A stretch of 64,000 nucleotides of DNA from Hemiscyllium ocellatum (lineage: Eukaryota), in contig NC_083401.1 in NCBI RefSeq assembly GCF_020745735.1, forward strand, positions 84,441,740 to 84,505,739, given 5' to 3'. A program made the position numbers and the translations under genes. The notes below the pieces were generated by a model. That model saw nothing but the letters and a program-made list of their open reading frames with translations, searched no databases and had not been told where the DNA came from. Positions 1 through 11,949 of the stretch are shown here, piece by piece. Each line of letters begins with the position of its first letter. Position 1 is the stretch's first letter.

Positions 1-1284
1 AAAATCATGTCAGTGCTTGGAAAAAGAACATAAATATGTAAGTTTGGCATGTAAAAATCAAACAAATCAAGTGAGATACTGCATTATCACATGCATAAGG
101 TAAACATGATACAGTGGTTATGTCATTGGATGACCAGAACACCTGTGCAACTGCACCAAAGATAAACTTTCTTCCTTGTCCACCTCAGCCTTTCACCCCT
201 TTGACACAGTTTACAACATCATCCTCTTTCAGTTTTTTGCAGCGATACTGGCATGGTTCCATTCTTGCATATCCACTCAATGCCTGAGAATCAGCTACAA
301 TGACTTCCAGTCCATTTCATTATTTGGAATCTCCAAAGCTCCATCTTTGCCCTCACCTGTTTCAGACCTGCATACTCTTCCTTGACAACATCAAATGAAA
401 ACTTAGCTTCAGTCTTCACATTTATGTTGATACTGCCAGCTCTACCTCTCTTTGTCCCTCCACTGTTGTTAAATTGTGTGAACGTTCAACATGCCGGATG
501 AGCAGCAATTGAAATATTGGGAAGAGTACAGTGACTGTCATTGATCTCTGCCACAAACTCCATTGCCCAGCCATTAACTCCATCCTTTTTTTTGGTCCAA
601 GATTAAAGCAGATGCTTCACAATAGATTTTACCTGGAGATGACCTTTAAATGCATCCATACCATGTATGTCCTCCCCAACAACAATGCCTAATCCGCCCA
701 TATCTCAGTTTATCCGCTGCTGAAACAATCATTAGCAATTTGTTATAATTCTACCTATCCCACTATGTAACTAACCAGGCTTCCACACCATAGCTTATGT
801 AAACATTCGGTCATCTGAAACTGTTGCCTGTATCCTAACTCAATGCCATATTCCCATCTTCTCCCCATACCTCTTGTATATGTTCGCAGACTCATTCAAT
901 TTACCTAAATCACCTTGAACATCACTTGCATTCTTCGCGCAATCCTCAACCTTGCTCAGTTTGTGTCATCAGCAAACTTGGAAATGTTGCATCTGGTTCC
1001 CTCAGCCAAGGGACTTAACTAGATTGTGAACAGCTGGGGCAAAAGCTATTGTCACTTGCTCGTTACTTGGAAAAATTGAAGAGACAAGAGGCAAATTACT
1101 CACTGCAAAACCCCTAGTCTCTTAGGTCAGCAATGGTATTGTATGTCAAGAGATAATGGTTAAACTCTCTCTTGTTCGAAATGGTCCTTGCCTTGCACTT
1201 GTCTCGCACCAAATGTCACATACAATTTATTAACCCAAGCAAACAAAGACAATAATCAGGGAACATTCACACTTATAACCTCAT

Positions 1285-1600
1285 GATTAGATTAGATTAG
1301 ATTTCCTACAGTGTGGAAATAGGCCCTTCGGTCAAACAAGTCCACATTAACCCTTCGAAGAGTAACCCACCCAGTCCCATTTCCCTCTGACTAATGCACC
1401 TAAACACTACGGGCAATTTAGCATGACCAATTCACTGCCCTGTACATCTTTAGACTGTGGGAGGAAACCGGAGCACCCGGAGGAAACCCACACAGACACA
1501 GGGAGAATGTGCAAACTCCACACAGACAGTAGCCTGAGGCTGAAATCAAACCTGGTGCTGTAAGGCAACAGTGCTAACCACTGAGACACCATGCCGTCCC
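1285..1600 (-). mobile_element. tRNA-derived V-SINE (HE1-like)
   Basis: tRNA-like head with A/B boxes, central V-domain (gtgtggagtttgcacattctccc...gggtttcctccgggtgctccggtttcctccca), (ctaat)n tail. Confidence 0.9.
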
Positions 1601-1854
1601 TCATGGCTGAGTGAAAATCATTGATGAAGCAGCTGAAGGTATTTCGAACCAGCACATTACCCCAAAAGCAACTGGAAACATTCTTGTTGCACAGGAGCTG
1701 TGTCCCTCTGAGCCAGAAAGTTTGGGTTCAAATTCCACCAGAGCAGGTTGATTGAAATCATCTACCCTGAGGAACTAGGCTCCCATGTTGCACTGGTAAT
1801 GGTTCTCTCTCTGGAACAGGTTGATGAGAAAATACCCACCCTGCGAAACAAATC

Positions 1855-2160
1855 ATAGGAGGAGTTGACCATTCAAACCCTCAAGACTACACCACCATTC
1901 AACATGATCAAACTCAATATTCTAATCCTGAAGCCTTGATCCTCAGTCTCAAGAGCCATGTTCACCTCCTTCCTGAAAACACGTGTTTTGGCATCAACCA
2001 TTTTCTGTGGCAGTGAATTCCACAAACTCATCACTCTCTGGGGTGAAGGCATTTCTCGTCCCAGTCCTTAAATGTTTACCCCCATCCATAAACTATGGCT
2101 TCTGGTTCTGGAGTTCCTACCTTCGGGAATATTTTCCCCCTGCATCTACCCTGTCTGATG
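1855..2160 (-). mobile_element. Decayed CR1-clade LINE 3' end
   Basis: Similarity to the 3' ends of other old LINE copies in the window. Confidence 0.6.
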
Positions 2161-2236
2161 ATGTTCTTGAACTGAAATAATTGGCCTCCTGCAACCACAA
2201 CCACCTTCATCTATACACACTTGGGGCGATTCCTAC

Positions 2237-2551
2237 GAGTCGAACAGTGTGGTGCTGGAAAAGCACAGCAGGTCAGGGAGCATCTGAGGAGCAGGAGAGT
2301 TGACGTTTCCAGCCTACTGGTTCCTGATGGACAGCTTATGCCTGAAACGTTGATTCTCCTGCTCCTAGGATGCTGCCTGACCTGCTGTGCTTTGTCAACA
2401 AAGTTAAAAATCACACAACCCCAGGTTATAGCCCAATAGGTTTTATTGGAAGCACTAGCTTTCGGAGCGACGCTCCTTCATCAGATGGTGGTCTTTTCCA
2501 ACAACACACTCTCGACTCTGACCTCCAGCATCTGCAGTCCTCACTTTCTCC
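2237..2551. mobile_element. Fold-back PLE-derived element (family A) with nested family-B PLE-derived element (about 2399-2492)
   Basis: Inverted arms (aagcacagcaggtcagg.. / ..cctgacctgctgtgcttt). 3' end ctccagcatctgcagtcctcactttctcc is shared with PLE copies at 11950 and 58293. Confidence 0.75.
2453..2487 (-). ncRNA. Minimal hammerhead ribozyme motif (family B), intact core, sense to TRIM23
   Basis: Minus strand CAU-CUGAUGA-A-GGAGC(GUC)GCUCC-GAAA-GC-UA-GUG. All core nucleotides present, 5-bp helix II, palindromic AGCU helix III, helix I CAU/GUG. Confidence 0.65.
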
Positions 2552-2599
2552 CAGTGCTTCCTACAAGGGGAGAGTCCTCTGGTCAAGTACTGCAGGCAA

Positions 2600-3180
2600 C
2601 GCTATCCCACCGCTTTGCGGATGATCGAGGTTAGCCTGAGGGGGCGGTGGGTTGTGTCCGGTGTTGTTTGGGCACTTGGGGCTCTGCTGAAGACAGAGAG
2701 GGGGAGGGGGGTTGGGGAGAGCAGGCCTGAGGACCAGAGCCCAGCCCGAGACCGACCCGGAGGTTCCCTTCCACTGAAGGCGAGGACCGCACTCACCTTG
2801 ACCGAGCAGCCGTTGGCAGTGCGGAGACTGCGGGAGCCGCTGTCAGTGCCCGAGCCCGAGGCCGAGGCCAGCCCCAGTCCCAGCGGTGTCAGCAGCAGCT
2901 TGACCGGAGCCGCCGCCATTGTGGAGCACACCAACTACCGGGAAGGGAGGGAAGGAGGCGGGGGGCTCATTTAACATCTCAATGTGCTAACATCACAATG
3001 ATCCCATTTGAAATCGCAGAATAGCGTTGCCTTGTGAAATAATAAACCCACATCAGAGTTACAAATAGGGAATCAATTCTTCTGAAACTTATGCACATGT
3101 CTAAATTTTGCCTGAACCACATATCCCCCTTCTTGTCCATTATGGTACTGTCCGCAGACTCACCGATGTGCGCATGCTCA
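2600..3180 (-). promoter_or_regulatory. CpG-rich first exon/promoter of TRIM23 with NRF1-like site
   Basis: Local GC/CpG enrichment in an AT-rich background. TGCGCATGCTCA at 3169-3180 is 11/12 to the NRF1 palindrome TGCGCATGCGCA. YY1-like GCCGCCATT overlaps the start codon. Confidence 0.55.
2797..2919 (-). CDS. TRIM23: TRIM23 (ARD1) coding exon 1; remainder of gene lies left of the window
   Basis: ATG at 2919 (acaATGG) in a CpG-rich patch. 41 codons MAAAPVKLLLTPLGLGLASASGSGTDSGSRSLRTANGCSVK end in phase 0 at a perfect AAG|GTGAGT donor (2796-2791). Resembles the human TRIM23 N-terminus (..KLGAGVDSGRQGSRGTAVVK|VLECGVC). Head-to-head with TRAPPC13 as in mammals. Confidence 0.8.
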
Positions 3181-3370
3181 CATCGAGGCTGTGTGCAGGC
3201 ATACAGTCTAAACAAGACACTGATGTAGAGCAGTGCTTTGACAACGGGAAAGGATTTCATCATTCTCCAAAATAAATGCATATCACCAGAAATCGAAAGA
3301 ACAACACATAAACCACATGCAAAGGACATTGTCAATCAGGAAAGACTGGGGATTCACCTCTTGAAGCAAC

Positions 3371-3560
3371 TTAAAAATCTCACAAAGCCAGGTTAAAGTC
3401 CAACAGGTTTATTTGGAGCACTAGCTTTTGGAGCGCTGCTCCTTCATCGGATAGTTCAGAAAGCTAGTGTTTCCAAATACACCTGTTGGACTATAACCTG
3501 GTGTTGTGTGATTTTTAACTTTGTCCACCCCAGTCCAACACTGGCACCTTCACATAATCA
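3371..3560. mobile_element. Fold-back family-B element, degenerate HHR
   Basis: Inverted arms at about 3371-3428 and 3459-3520. Minus-strand core mutated (CCGAUGA..AAAA). Confidence 0.7.
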
Positions 3561-3615
3561 CGAGTGGAGAAAGTGAAGTGAGGGGAGTTGTTCAGAATGC
3601 TTATCAACACAAATG

Positions 3616-4572
3616 GAGTCATAGAGATGTACAGCATGGAAACGAACCCTTGGGTCCAACTCGTCCATGCCGACCAGATATACTAACCTAGTCTGGTGCC
3701 ATTTGCCAGCATTTAGTCCATATCCCTCTCAACCATTCTTATTTATATACTCATCCAGATGCCTTTCAAATTATGTAATTGTACCAGCCTCCAACACTTC
3801 CTCTGGCAGCTCATTCCATTCACGCACCATCCTCTGTATGAAAATGTTGCCCCTTAGGTCCCGTTTAAATCTTTCGCCTCTCATCCTAAACCTATGCCCT
3901 CTAATTCTGGACTTCCCCATCCCAAAGAAAAGACCTTGTTTCTTTACCCTATCCACGCCCCTCATGATTTAATAAACCTCTATAAGGGCACTCCACAGCC
4001 TCTGATGCTCCAGAGAAAATAGCCCCGGCCTATTCAGCTTCTCCCTATAGCTCAAATCCTCCAACCCTGGCCACATCCTTGTAAATCTTTTCTGAATACT
4101 TTCAAGTTTCACAACATCAGTGTGGTTGCTCAGTGGTTAGCACTGCTGCCTCACAGCACCAGGGACTTGGGTTTGATTCCTGCATTGGGTGACTGCCTGT
4201 GTGGAGTTTGCACATTCTCCCCATGTCTGCGTGGGTTTCCCCCAGGTGCTTTGGTTTCCTCCCACAATCCAAAGATGTGCAGGTTGGGGGAATTGGCCAT
4301 GTTAAATTTCCCATAGTGTTCAGGGATGTGCAGGTTAGATACATTAATCAGGGGTAAATATAGCAGAATGGGTCTGGGTGGATTACTCTTCAGAGGTTTG
4401 GTGGGCCAATGGGCCTGTTGCCATACTGTAGGGAATCAAATCTAATCCTTCTGATAGGAGGGAGACCAAAATTGCGTACAATATTCCAAAACTGGCTGAA
4501 CCAATGTCATGTACAGCTGCAACATGACCTCCCAACCCCTATATTCAGTGCTCTGTCCAATAAAGAAAAGCA
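3616..4572 (-). mobile_element. CR1 (HER1-like) LINE 3' fragment interrupted by a SINE
   Basis: Encodes RGHRFRMRGERFKRDLRGNIF..WNELPEEV; tail ctctatgactc. Confidence 0.9.
4119..4447 (+). mobile_element. V-SINE (HE1-like) nested in CR1
   Basis: SINE head/body/tail. LINE sequence resumes precisely (acaacatc | cttctgatagg). Confidence 0.9.
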
Positions 4573-5264
4573 TATAATTAGGCTTGAGGATTGACACCAC
4601 TTCAGTTGGTTCATTTTGGCCGATTTTTCAGAAAGAAATATCTTTTCCACCAGCTAATTGCTATTTCAATGTACTCACTCTTCTCCAAGTATTCTGTATG
4701 CAGAAAAATTAACTAAATATCATCCCTAAACTGAGCTTTTATAATAATTGTTACTGAGGATATTTAATGTAATTAAATATTCCAAAGCATTTCATAGGAG
4801 TACAGCTTATTTCTTATCACACCTCCATAGTTTGAAGAAATATTTACCTTCAATTTTGCTTAGCCCACAAACAGCTTCAGAACAACAACTTTTTTCTCAT
4901 ATTTCAGACCCTTGACAGCAGACATCAGCCTCACCACTGGTGATCTGCACAGGTTCTGCAGTTCAATTATGTCTTGGTGACCAAAGCCAGACATAATACT
5001 TGACTACAATCAGAAACTATGAGTTTACCTACACTGGGTAGACTGTGGTTCAGAAATGCAGCTCTTTACCACCTTCTGAAAGAAAGTTTATGGAAGCACA
5101 ACAAATGCTGGCCTGCAGTGATAATCATTCTTCATTAACAAGTTTTTTTTTAAAAAAATTGGGTCAATGATCATATTTTTGGCATCCCCATTATTTTGTT
5201 TGTGCATTGCTCAATTTGACCAGGAAAGTGCAGTTATATCACTATCTCTTCTGATATATTAGGT

Positions 5265-5448
5265 CATGATTTGGAGATGCCGGCGTTGGACTGTGGTGTA
5301 CAAAGTTAAAAATCATACAACACCAGGTTATAGTCCAACAGGTTTAATTGGAAGCACACTAGCTTTCCTGATCACCTGACTATCACCTGATGAAGCAGCG
5401 TCTCTCCGAAAGCTAGTGTGCTTCCAATTAAACCTGTTGGACTATAAC
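5265..5448. mobile_element. Fold-back family-B HHR element with 14-bp TSD
   Basis: TSD ctgatatattaggt at 5251-5264 and 5449-5462. Inverted arms. Plus-strand CAC-CUGAUGA...GAAAGCUA-GUG at 5384-5418 with damaged helix II. Confidence 0.8.
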
Positions 5449-5554
5449 CTGATATATTAGGTAGTTGCTATGCAGTTTAACATTCACTTGATTGCTGCTT
5501 GTACTGATTTTACATGTGTAATACTCATTCTATTTTGGGTTTTGGCATTCTTAG

Positions 5555-6100
5555 GACCATAACATGTAAATACAGAAGTAGGTCACTCAGTCCATCGAGT
5601 CTGCTCCACCATTCAATGAGATCATGGCAGATCTGATAATCTTCAACACCACTTACCTGCCTTAACCATAAACCTTGAATTCCACATTGATTAAAAATCT
5701 ATCTCAGCCTTGAGTATACTTAATTACCTAGCTTTAACAGATTTCTACAGTAAAGAATTCTACAATTCCACTTCCTTTTGAAAGAAGAACCTTATCCTCA
5801 TTTCTGCTTAAAAGGGCTAACTTTTATTCTGAGATTATGCCCAAGACTGTCTGACAAGGGGAAAGTAATCTTTCCACATTTAACCTGACAAGTCCCCTAA
5901 GGCACTTTTGTAAATTTCAATAAGGCCATCTCTCATTCTAAAGTCCGATGTGTACATTCCCAACCTACTAGGCATCTCCTCATAAGGCAGTCCCTTTACA
6001 CCTTTTAACATCATTTGTCCTGCAAACAGAATTTTGCACTTGTCAGCACTATATTTGATCTGTGATTCATTCTTCCACATATAGGTTTTGTCCAACTGAC
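5555..6100 (-). mobile_element. Old CR1-clade LINE 3' remnant
   Basis: Degenerate GLPYEE..RLG..MRDGLIEIYK translation. Confidence 0.65.
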
Positions 6101-6338
6101 ATTTTCTTTGCTACTTCTATTACATTACACTGCTTCTTCTGGTTAAGTGTCTTGTTCAACCTGCAGCAGTCCAACAAGAACCAAATCAGTGAGGCAAGTG
6201 GTCATAAATTGAAATGAGTGAAAGAAATGCTAAACATTTCCTTACTCAAATGATAATTAACATTTTGAATAATTTACCAGCTAATTTATATTTTCGTACA
6301 TGGTGAAAGGGTTGGAGAAGTTGCTGGGCAGCACATGA

Positions 6339-7798
6339 GGAAGACTGGAGGTTAGCAAAAGTGGTGCCACTGTTTAAGAAGAGTGGTAAGGACAAGCCAG
6401 GGAACTATAGACCGGTGAGCCTGACATCAGTGGTGGGCAAGTTGTTGGAGGGAATCCTGAGGGACAGGATGTACATGTATTTGGAAAGGCAAGGACTGAT
6501 TAGGGAGAGTCAACATGGCTTTGTGCATGGGAAATCATGTCTCACAAACTTGATTGAGTTTTTTTGAGGAAGTAACAAAGAGGATTGATGAGGGCAGAAC
6601 GGTAGATGTGATCCATATGGAATTCAGTAAGGTGTTCGACAAGGTTCCCCATGGGAGACTGATTAGCAAGGTTAGATCTCATGGAATACAGGGAGAACTA
6701 GCCATTTGGGATACAGAACTGGCTCAAAGGTAGAAGACGGAGGGTGGTGGAAGCGGGTTATTTTTCAGACTGGAGGCCTGTGACCAGTGGAGTGCCACAA
6801 GGATCAGTGCCGGGTCCTCTACTTTTTGTCATTTACATAAATGATTTGGATGCGCACATAAGAAGTGCAGTTAGTAAGTTTGCAGATGACACCAAAATTG
6901 AAGGTGTAGTGGACAGCGAAGAGGGTGACCTCAGATTACAACAGGATATGGACCAGATAGGCCAATGGGCTGAGAAGTGGCAGATGGAGTTTAATTCAGA
7001 TAAATCTGAGGTGCTGTATTTTGGGAAAACCAATCTTAGCAGCACTTATACACTTAATAGTAAGGTCCTAGGGAGTGTTGCTGAACAAAGAGACCTTGGA
7101 GTGCAGGTTCATAGCTCCTTGAAAGTGAAGTCGCAGGTAGATAGGATCGTGAAGAAGGCATTTGGTATGTTTTCTTTTATTGGTCAAAGTATTGAGTATA
7201 GGAGTTGAGAGGTCATGTTGCGGCTGTACAGGACATTGGTTAGGCCACTGTTGGAATATTGCGTGCAATTCTGGTCACCTTCCTATTGGATAGATGTTGT
7301 GAAGCTTGAAAGGGTTGAGAAAAGATTTACAAGGATGTTGCCAGGGTTGGAGGATTTGAGCTATAAGGAGAGGCTGAACAGGCTGGGGCTGTTTTCCCTG
7401 GAATGTCGGAGGCTAAGGGGTGACCTTATAGAGGTTTACAAAATTATGAGGGGCATGGATAGGGTAAATAGGCAAAGTCTTTTCCCTGGGGTTGGGGAGT
7501 CCAGAACTAGAGGGCATAGATTTAGGATGAGAGGGGAGAGATATAAAAGAGACCTACGGGGCAACTTTTTCACACAGACGGTGGTAAGTGTATGGAATGA
7601 GCCGACAGAGGAAGTGGTGGAGGCTGGTACAATTGCAACATTTAAGAGGCATTTGGATGGGTATATGAATTGGAAGGGTTTGAAGGGATATGTGCCAGGT
7701 GCTGACAGGTGGGACTCAATTGGGTTGGCATATCTGATCGGCATGGACAGGTTGGACCAAAGGGTCTGTTTCTATGCTGTACATCTCTATGACTCTAT
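6339..7798 (+). mobile_element. 5'-truncated CR1 (HER1-like) LINE, RT domain pseudogene
   Basis: PGNYRPVSLTSVVGK, QHGF, GVPQGSV.GPLLF, KFADDTK motifs. Frameshifts near 6565 and 6710, stop at 7206-7208. Tail ctctatgactctat. Confidence 0.95.
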
Positions 7799-9939
7799 AA
7801 GGTCTGAAAAATACAATTAGTTAGCCAAGCTGATATGGCATGCCTGGTCAAACAGCTGCCTATGGCAAAGCCAATTTTTAAAATAGAATTTTATTTGCTT
7901 TCACTGTCCATCACATTTATTTTCAGAACAAAGTCAATGTTTGAAAAACTAATAGTGCAGATAAATCCTTCCTTCAAAAATAGACTTTATGAACAAAATG
8001 GATTTGTTTTCCTATAACCTTTCAACAATCTTACTCAAATAATGAAAAAGGATAAACATTATTTTTAGAATTTCTATTTATGTATTTTAATAGGAATTAT
8101 GGTCTTCAGCTATACATATGACAAATGTCGCTATCACAGAGAGCTGTTGTAAGCATCTAGTGGGTATATTTGATTGTGATAACTAATTAAATAGATTTGT
8201 TTCTTGTATATTTATATAATGTATTACACCAGTTTCTATCTTATCTAAAAAAGTAATAGTGGATTATCTCCTTTATATAGTGCAGATAAGTAATACTGGC
8301 TGTTACAGGTTAATGTCATTTTTACCAAGGAACTCTTCAAAACTTCACATCTGTAAACCTGTTATGTATACTGTTACTGAAGATTAGTTGACTTTCTGTT
8401 ACCTATTTTATAGTGTTGTGATTGATGCATAATATAAGACAGGCCAAATCCCAAAGTGAAACCTGGCCTGATAGACCTTAAGTTTTATTTCTCTTTTACT
8501 GTGGAGGTCACTGAACATACCCATAAAAGATTGAACACATACATTTAACAGAAAAACATAAACATTTATTAAGCAAAAGAAAAATAAACAAATTATATTA
8601 CACTAGACAAGAATTATTAGAATTAATTTCAAACAGCAGAAAAATAGACTGTTTTGCAGTCAATTTAAATGAACTTTATTGGAACTAAGATCAGCCACAA
8701 TAAGACAAACCTTCACAAGTTGCATTAAGGAATGGTATGTAAGGGAAACAATCAAAGGAAAATCATTGCAGAATATTGGTTTCCAGGCTCCTTGAGGATG
8801 GTGGGAACATTGAAGCAGAGGGTTTTGATTCTTCAGATACTACTTTATGGCTGCAGACCATTTTCATTCCAAATACTTGTAGTCCTCAACATAAGCTAGA
8901 AACCAGCTTCTCCTTTGATCCCAGGAATATCCTTACAGGTACCTAGACATTACTGAAGAATTACCCCAATTTCCAAGCCAAGGTTTTTTGTTCCATTCAA
9001 ACGGCTGTAATTGGTTTCTTTCAGGAAATCCTGCACTTTTACTACATGCTATTTTCTTCCATTAGTATCTCTGCTTGAGGCCCTTAAAACAAATTGACAA
9101 CTCATCTCAAAATTATTTAACATAGGTTCCCCAAATTTAGCAACTCCTGTAAGATTTCTTAATTTCTGGCACCCTCGCAGCATTCTGCTCCTGGACCTTT
9201 CTTCCCACTAACCTCAAGGCTTGTCAGGACTTCTCCCCAGCGCTGTTTGCTTGGAGACTGCACTTCTGCTATTATAAACCTCTTCCCCTGCATGAGACTG
9301 CATCTGATGATTGTACATCCCAAATCAGCAAAGAATCTGTCCAAGTGGCTTGGACAGAAATCATTTCACAAAAAGCTCAGTGTCCAAGTTGAATTCTGAA
9401 TACTAGGCTGTCTTGCAAAACAAACTCTATTCTAAAGAGGCTGTATTCAATGAGTGTCGGTACAAAATAATAATAGGGTATCATCTTACACAAACTTTAA
9501 AACAACTATGGAAATAATAGCTTAAATTAACCACAGGTTGAAAGAAGGGTAAATGACGCTTCCAGCCCTCAGGCAACTTCCTTCTGACAAAGTTTTGTGT
9601 AACCAATATATAATTTGTTTTCAAACTTAGAACTTTTCCTTGTTTACTTTGCTTTACCATAGTCTCTAAGGAGTTCCTAAATTTACGGTTTGCCTTCATT
9701 CTCCTTTAGAATTCAACTGCTGCATTGAAGTGTACAATGTCTTTTTCATGAAATGCATTTGTACTTTAGTGTACTGGTGTCATCATGTAACATCATTCTC
9801 TTTTGTATCTATATGAATTCTGTGGGAGTCATTAAACACACAACAGTTGAAACATGGTGCTAGAGTGGTGCATCTGAAAATATGTGGATTTTCAGAGCTG
9901 TAAGAGTGTCAGGTACTGAACGAAACAGGTCTGACTGCA

Positions 9940-10070
9940 TCAACCTGATGAAGAATTGTTCTGGATTTGAAACATTAACTCTGTTTCTCTCTCCACCAAT
10001 GCTCCAGCACTTGAGTTTCTCCAGCAATTTCTGTGTTTATTTTCAGCATCCACAGTTTTATTTCTGTTGG
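9940..10070 (+). mobile_element. Old PLE-derived 3' fragment (family C), degenerate HHR
   Basis: cctgatgaag...gaaacattaactctgtttctctctccac, shared with the 14325-14512 element. Confidence 0.5.
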
Positions 10071-10339
10071 ATTTGTGAACTATTTAGCAATGTTCTTGCC
10101 TAATTTATCAATGGAGTGTGAACCTCTACGTACACCCAATGCTCACAATATGCAGTGGTGTTGAGACACAGAACAAGAGCAGCTTTCACTAGAGTGAAAC
10201 GTGTTGTTAGTATTGAGGTACTACAATGTCAATGATGAAGTCACCATGCTTTTGATGTCAGTAAGGCAGGGTTTGGAACATATCTTCAGCAGCATGAACA
10301 ACTGCACTTTCATCCATGGCATTAACACAAACTCAATCT

Positions 10340-10399
10340 AGGTGTTGTGTGACTTTTAACTTTGTACACCCCAGTCCAACACCGGCATCTCCAAATCAT
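10340..10399 (+). mobile_element. Family-B element terminal fragment
   Basis: Reverse complement of about 5265-5325. Confidence 0.7.
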
Positions 10400-11949
10400 T
10401 GCTACATTCAGAGATAGAGTGTTTTCGTTTCTACTTCACCCCAATAGCTGCTGAAATGCCTGGTCGTGCACTTGTTATTTCTGGATTCAGTGATATTAAA
10501 CCTTTAGTTGAAACACTCTCATCTTCTACTCTCTGCAATCTTCCACACATCTAAAATTAAGCTATTATATTCCAAGTAAACATTCTTCTCAACCATCAGC
10601 TGTTGATTAACATTGACTTCCAGTCTCCCAATGCTTTTCATCTAAAATTCTCATTTGTGTTTGTAAACATACTATACCTTTATCTAGAAGATCAAAAAAG
10701 GTTGCCACAGAATCGCTAATAAAAATCATCGTAAGTGGTGCACTATGAGGGGCATAACATAGGAGTTATATGGGCTGGTCATTGTCATAGAAGTCTACAA
10801 CACAGAGAAGGTGCTTCTACCCATCAAGTTTGTATTCGTCAAAAACAACCATCTAACTATCCTGATCACAGTTTCCAGCCGTGTATGTCTCAGCATCGCA
10901 AGTGCACATCAAATTCTGAAACGTTATGATGGTTTCTGCTTCTATCACCCTTCCATGCAGTTAGTTCCAGATTCCCATCTCTCTCTGGGTGAAAAAAATC
11001 CTCACATCTATTTTATGGTCTATTCAAACTGAAAGGTGCCAAAATCATTAATAAATACCATCATATCACAAAGTATTCTTACTATCCAAATTTGATTTTT
11101 TTTTATTATTGGTGACTACAGGACACTCTGTTGCTCACCAGTCACAGAAAACATTGATAGAACTTACGGGTCAAGTTTCCTTTCCAGTTCTACACAGGCA
11201 CAGATAAGCCCAAGAAATTTAATTATGTCTCATGGTCAGTATATCAGTGTAATTTTAACAGTCATACCCATGATAGCATCACTGAAAATGGGCATTTGAC
11301 CTGACAGTTTAAAGGACTCACACTCCATCTTAAATGGCACCAGCTGAAAGACAATAAAATCCTGGGAACATATTCCTTAACACTGCTGTACTGTAATCTA
11401 TTAATTTAATATTAACTTGGTTTATGAGAAATGTATGTATATAAAAGTGAGCTGTAATAAACATGAGCTGGATTCTTCAATACCACTTCTCCAGTTCCTT
11501 AGGTTACAGTGAAGGTGGGGTCACTACCAACTTCTCAAAGGCAATTAGGAATTGGCATCAAATGCTGGCTTTGCCAACAACACATCCCATGAAAGAAAAA
11601 CAAGGCCCTGTTTAAAACACAATGCTTTGATTTAGCTTCAGGTCATCCATTAATTGGATTGGAATTCATTTTACATTTCACCTCAGTGGCACATTAAATT
11701 AAGGTATTTGTTCTATTGGGCTAGATAAGTAAAGTTATGAAACAGAATAAATCTAACAGCAAGTGTTTAATGCTTGTTTGTGGTGCCTTGCCTCTTCACA
11801 TGTTTGGAGTGGCTACCCTCAAGCTACATATACCCATTCTTTTACTCTGTATTGGAGATAGATACTTCTGGTCCTTAGTGGACTATGACTCCTTGTATTA
11901 CTTGTAACTAGAATGCAAATTGTAGCGATAGGGATTGGATAATTGAACT

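Noticed and set aside
1-2796. TRIM23 exon 2 (RING, VLECGVC)
   Set aside because: Not found in the window; this region is intron 1 with decayed repeats.
2602-2974. 110-aa (-) and 119-aa (+) ORFs over the TRIM23 CpG patch
   Set aside because: The minus ORF is exon 1 read through the GTGAGT donor into intron. The plus ORF is GC-rich antisense noise.
4119-4190. tRNA genes at SINE heads
   Set aside because: A/B boxes run directly into SINE bodies; no intact cloverleaf.
6361-7820. RT ORFs as an active LINE or domesticated gene
   Set aside because: 5'-truncated, with two frameshifts and an in-frame stop. The same holds for the 37.4-40.0 kb and 54.9-56.9 kb copies.
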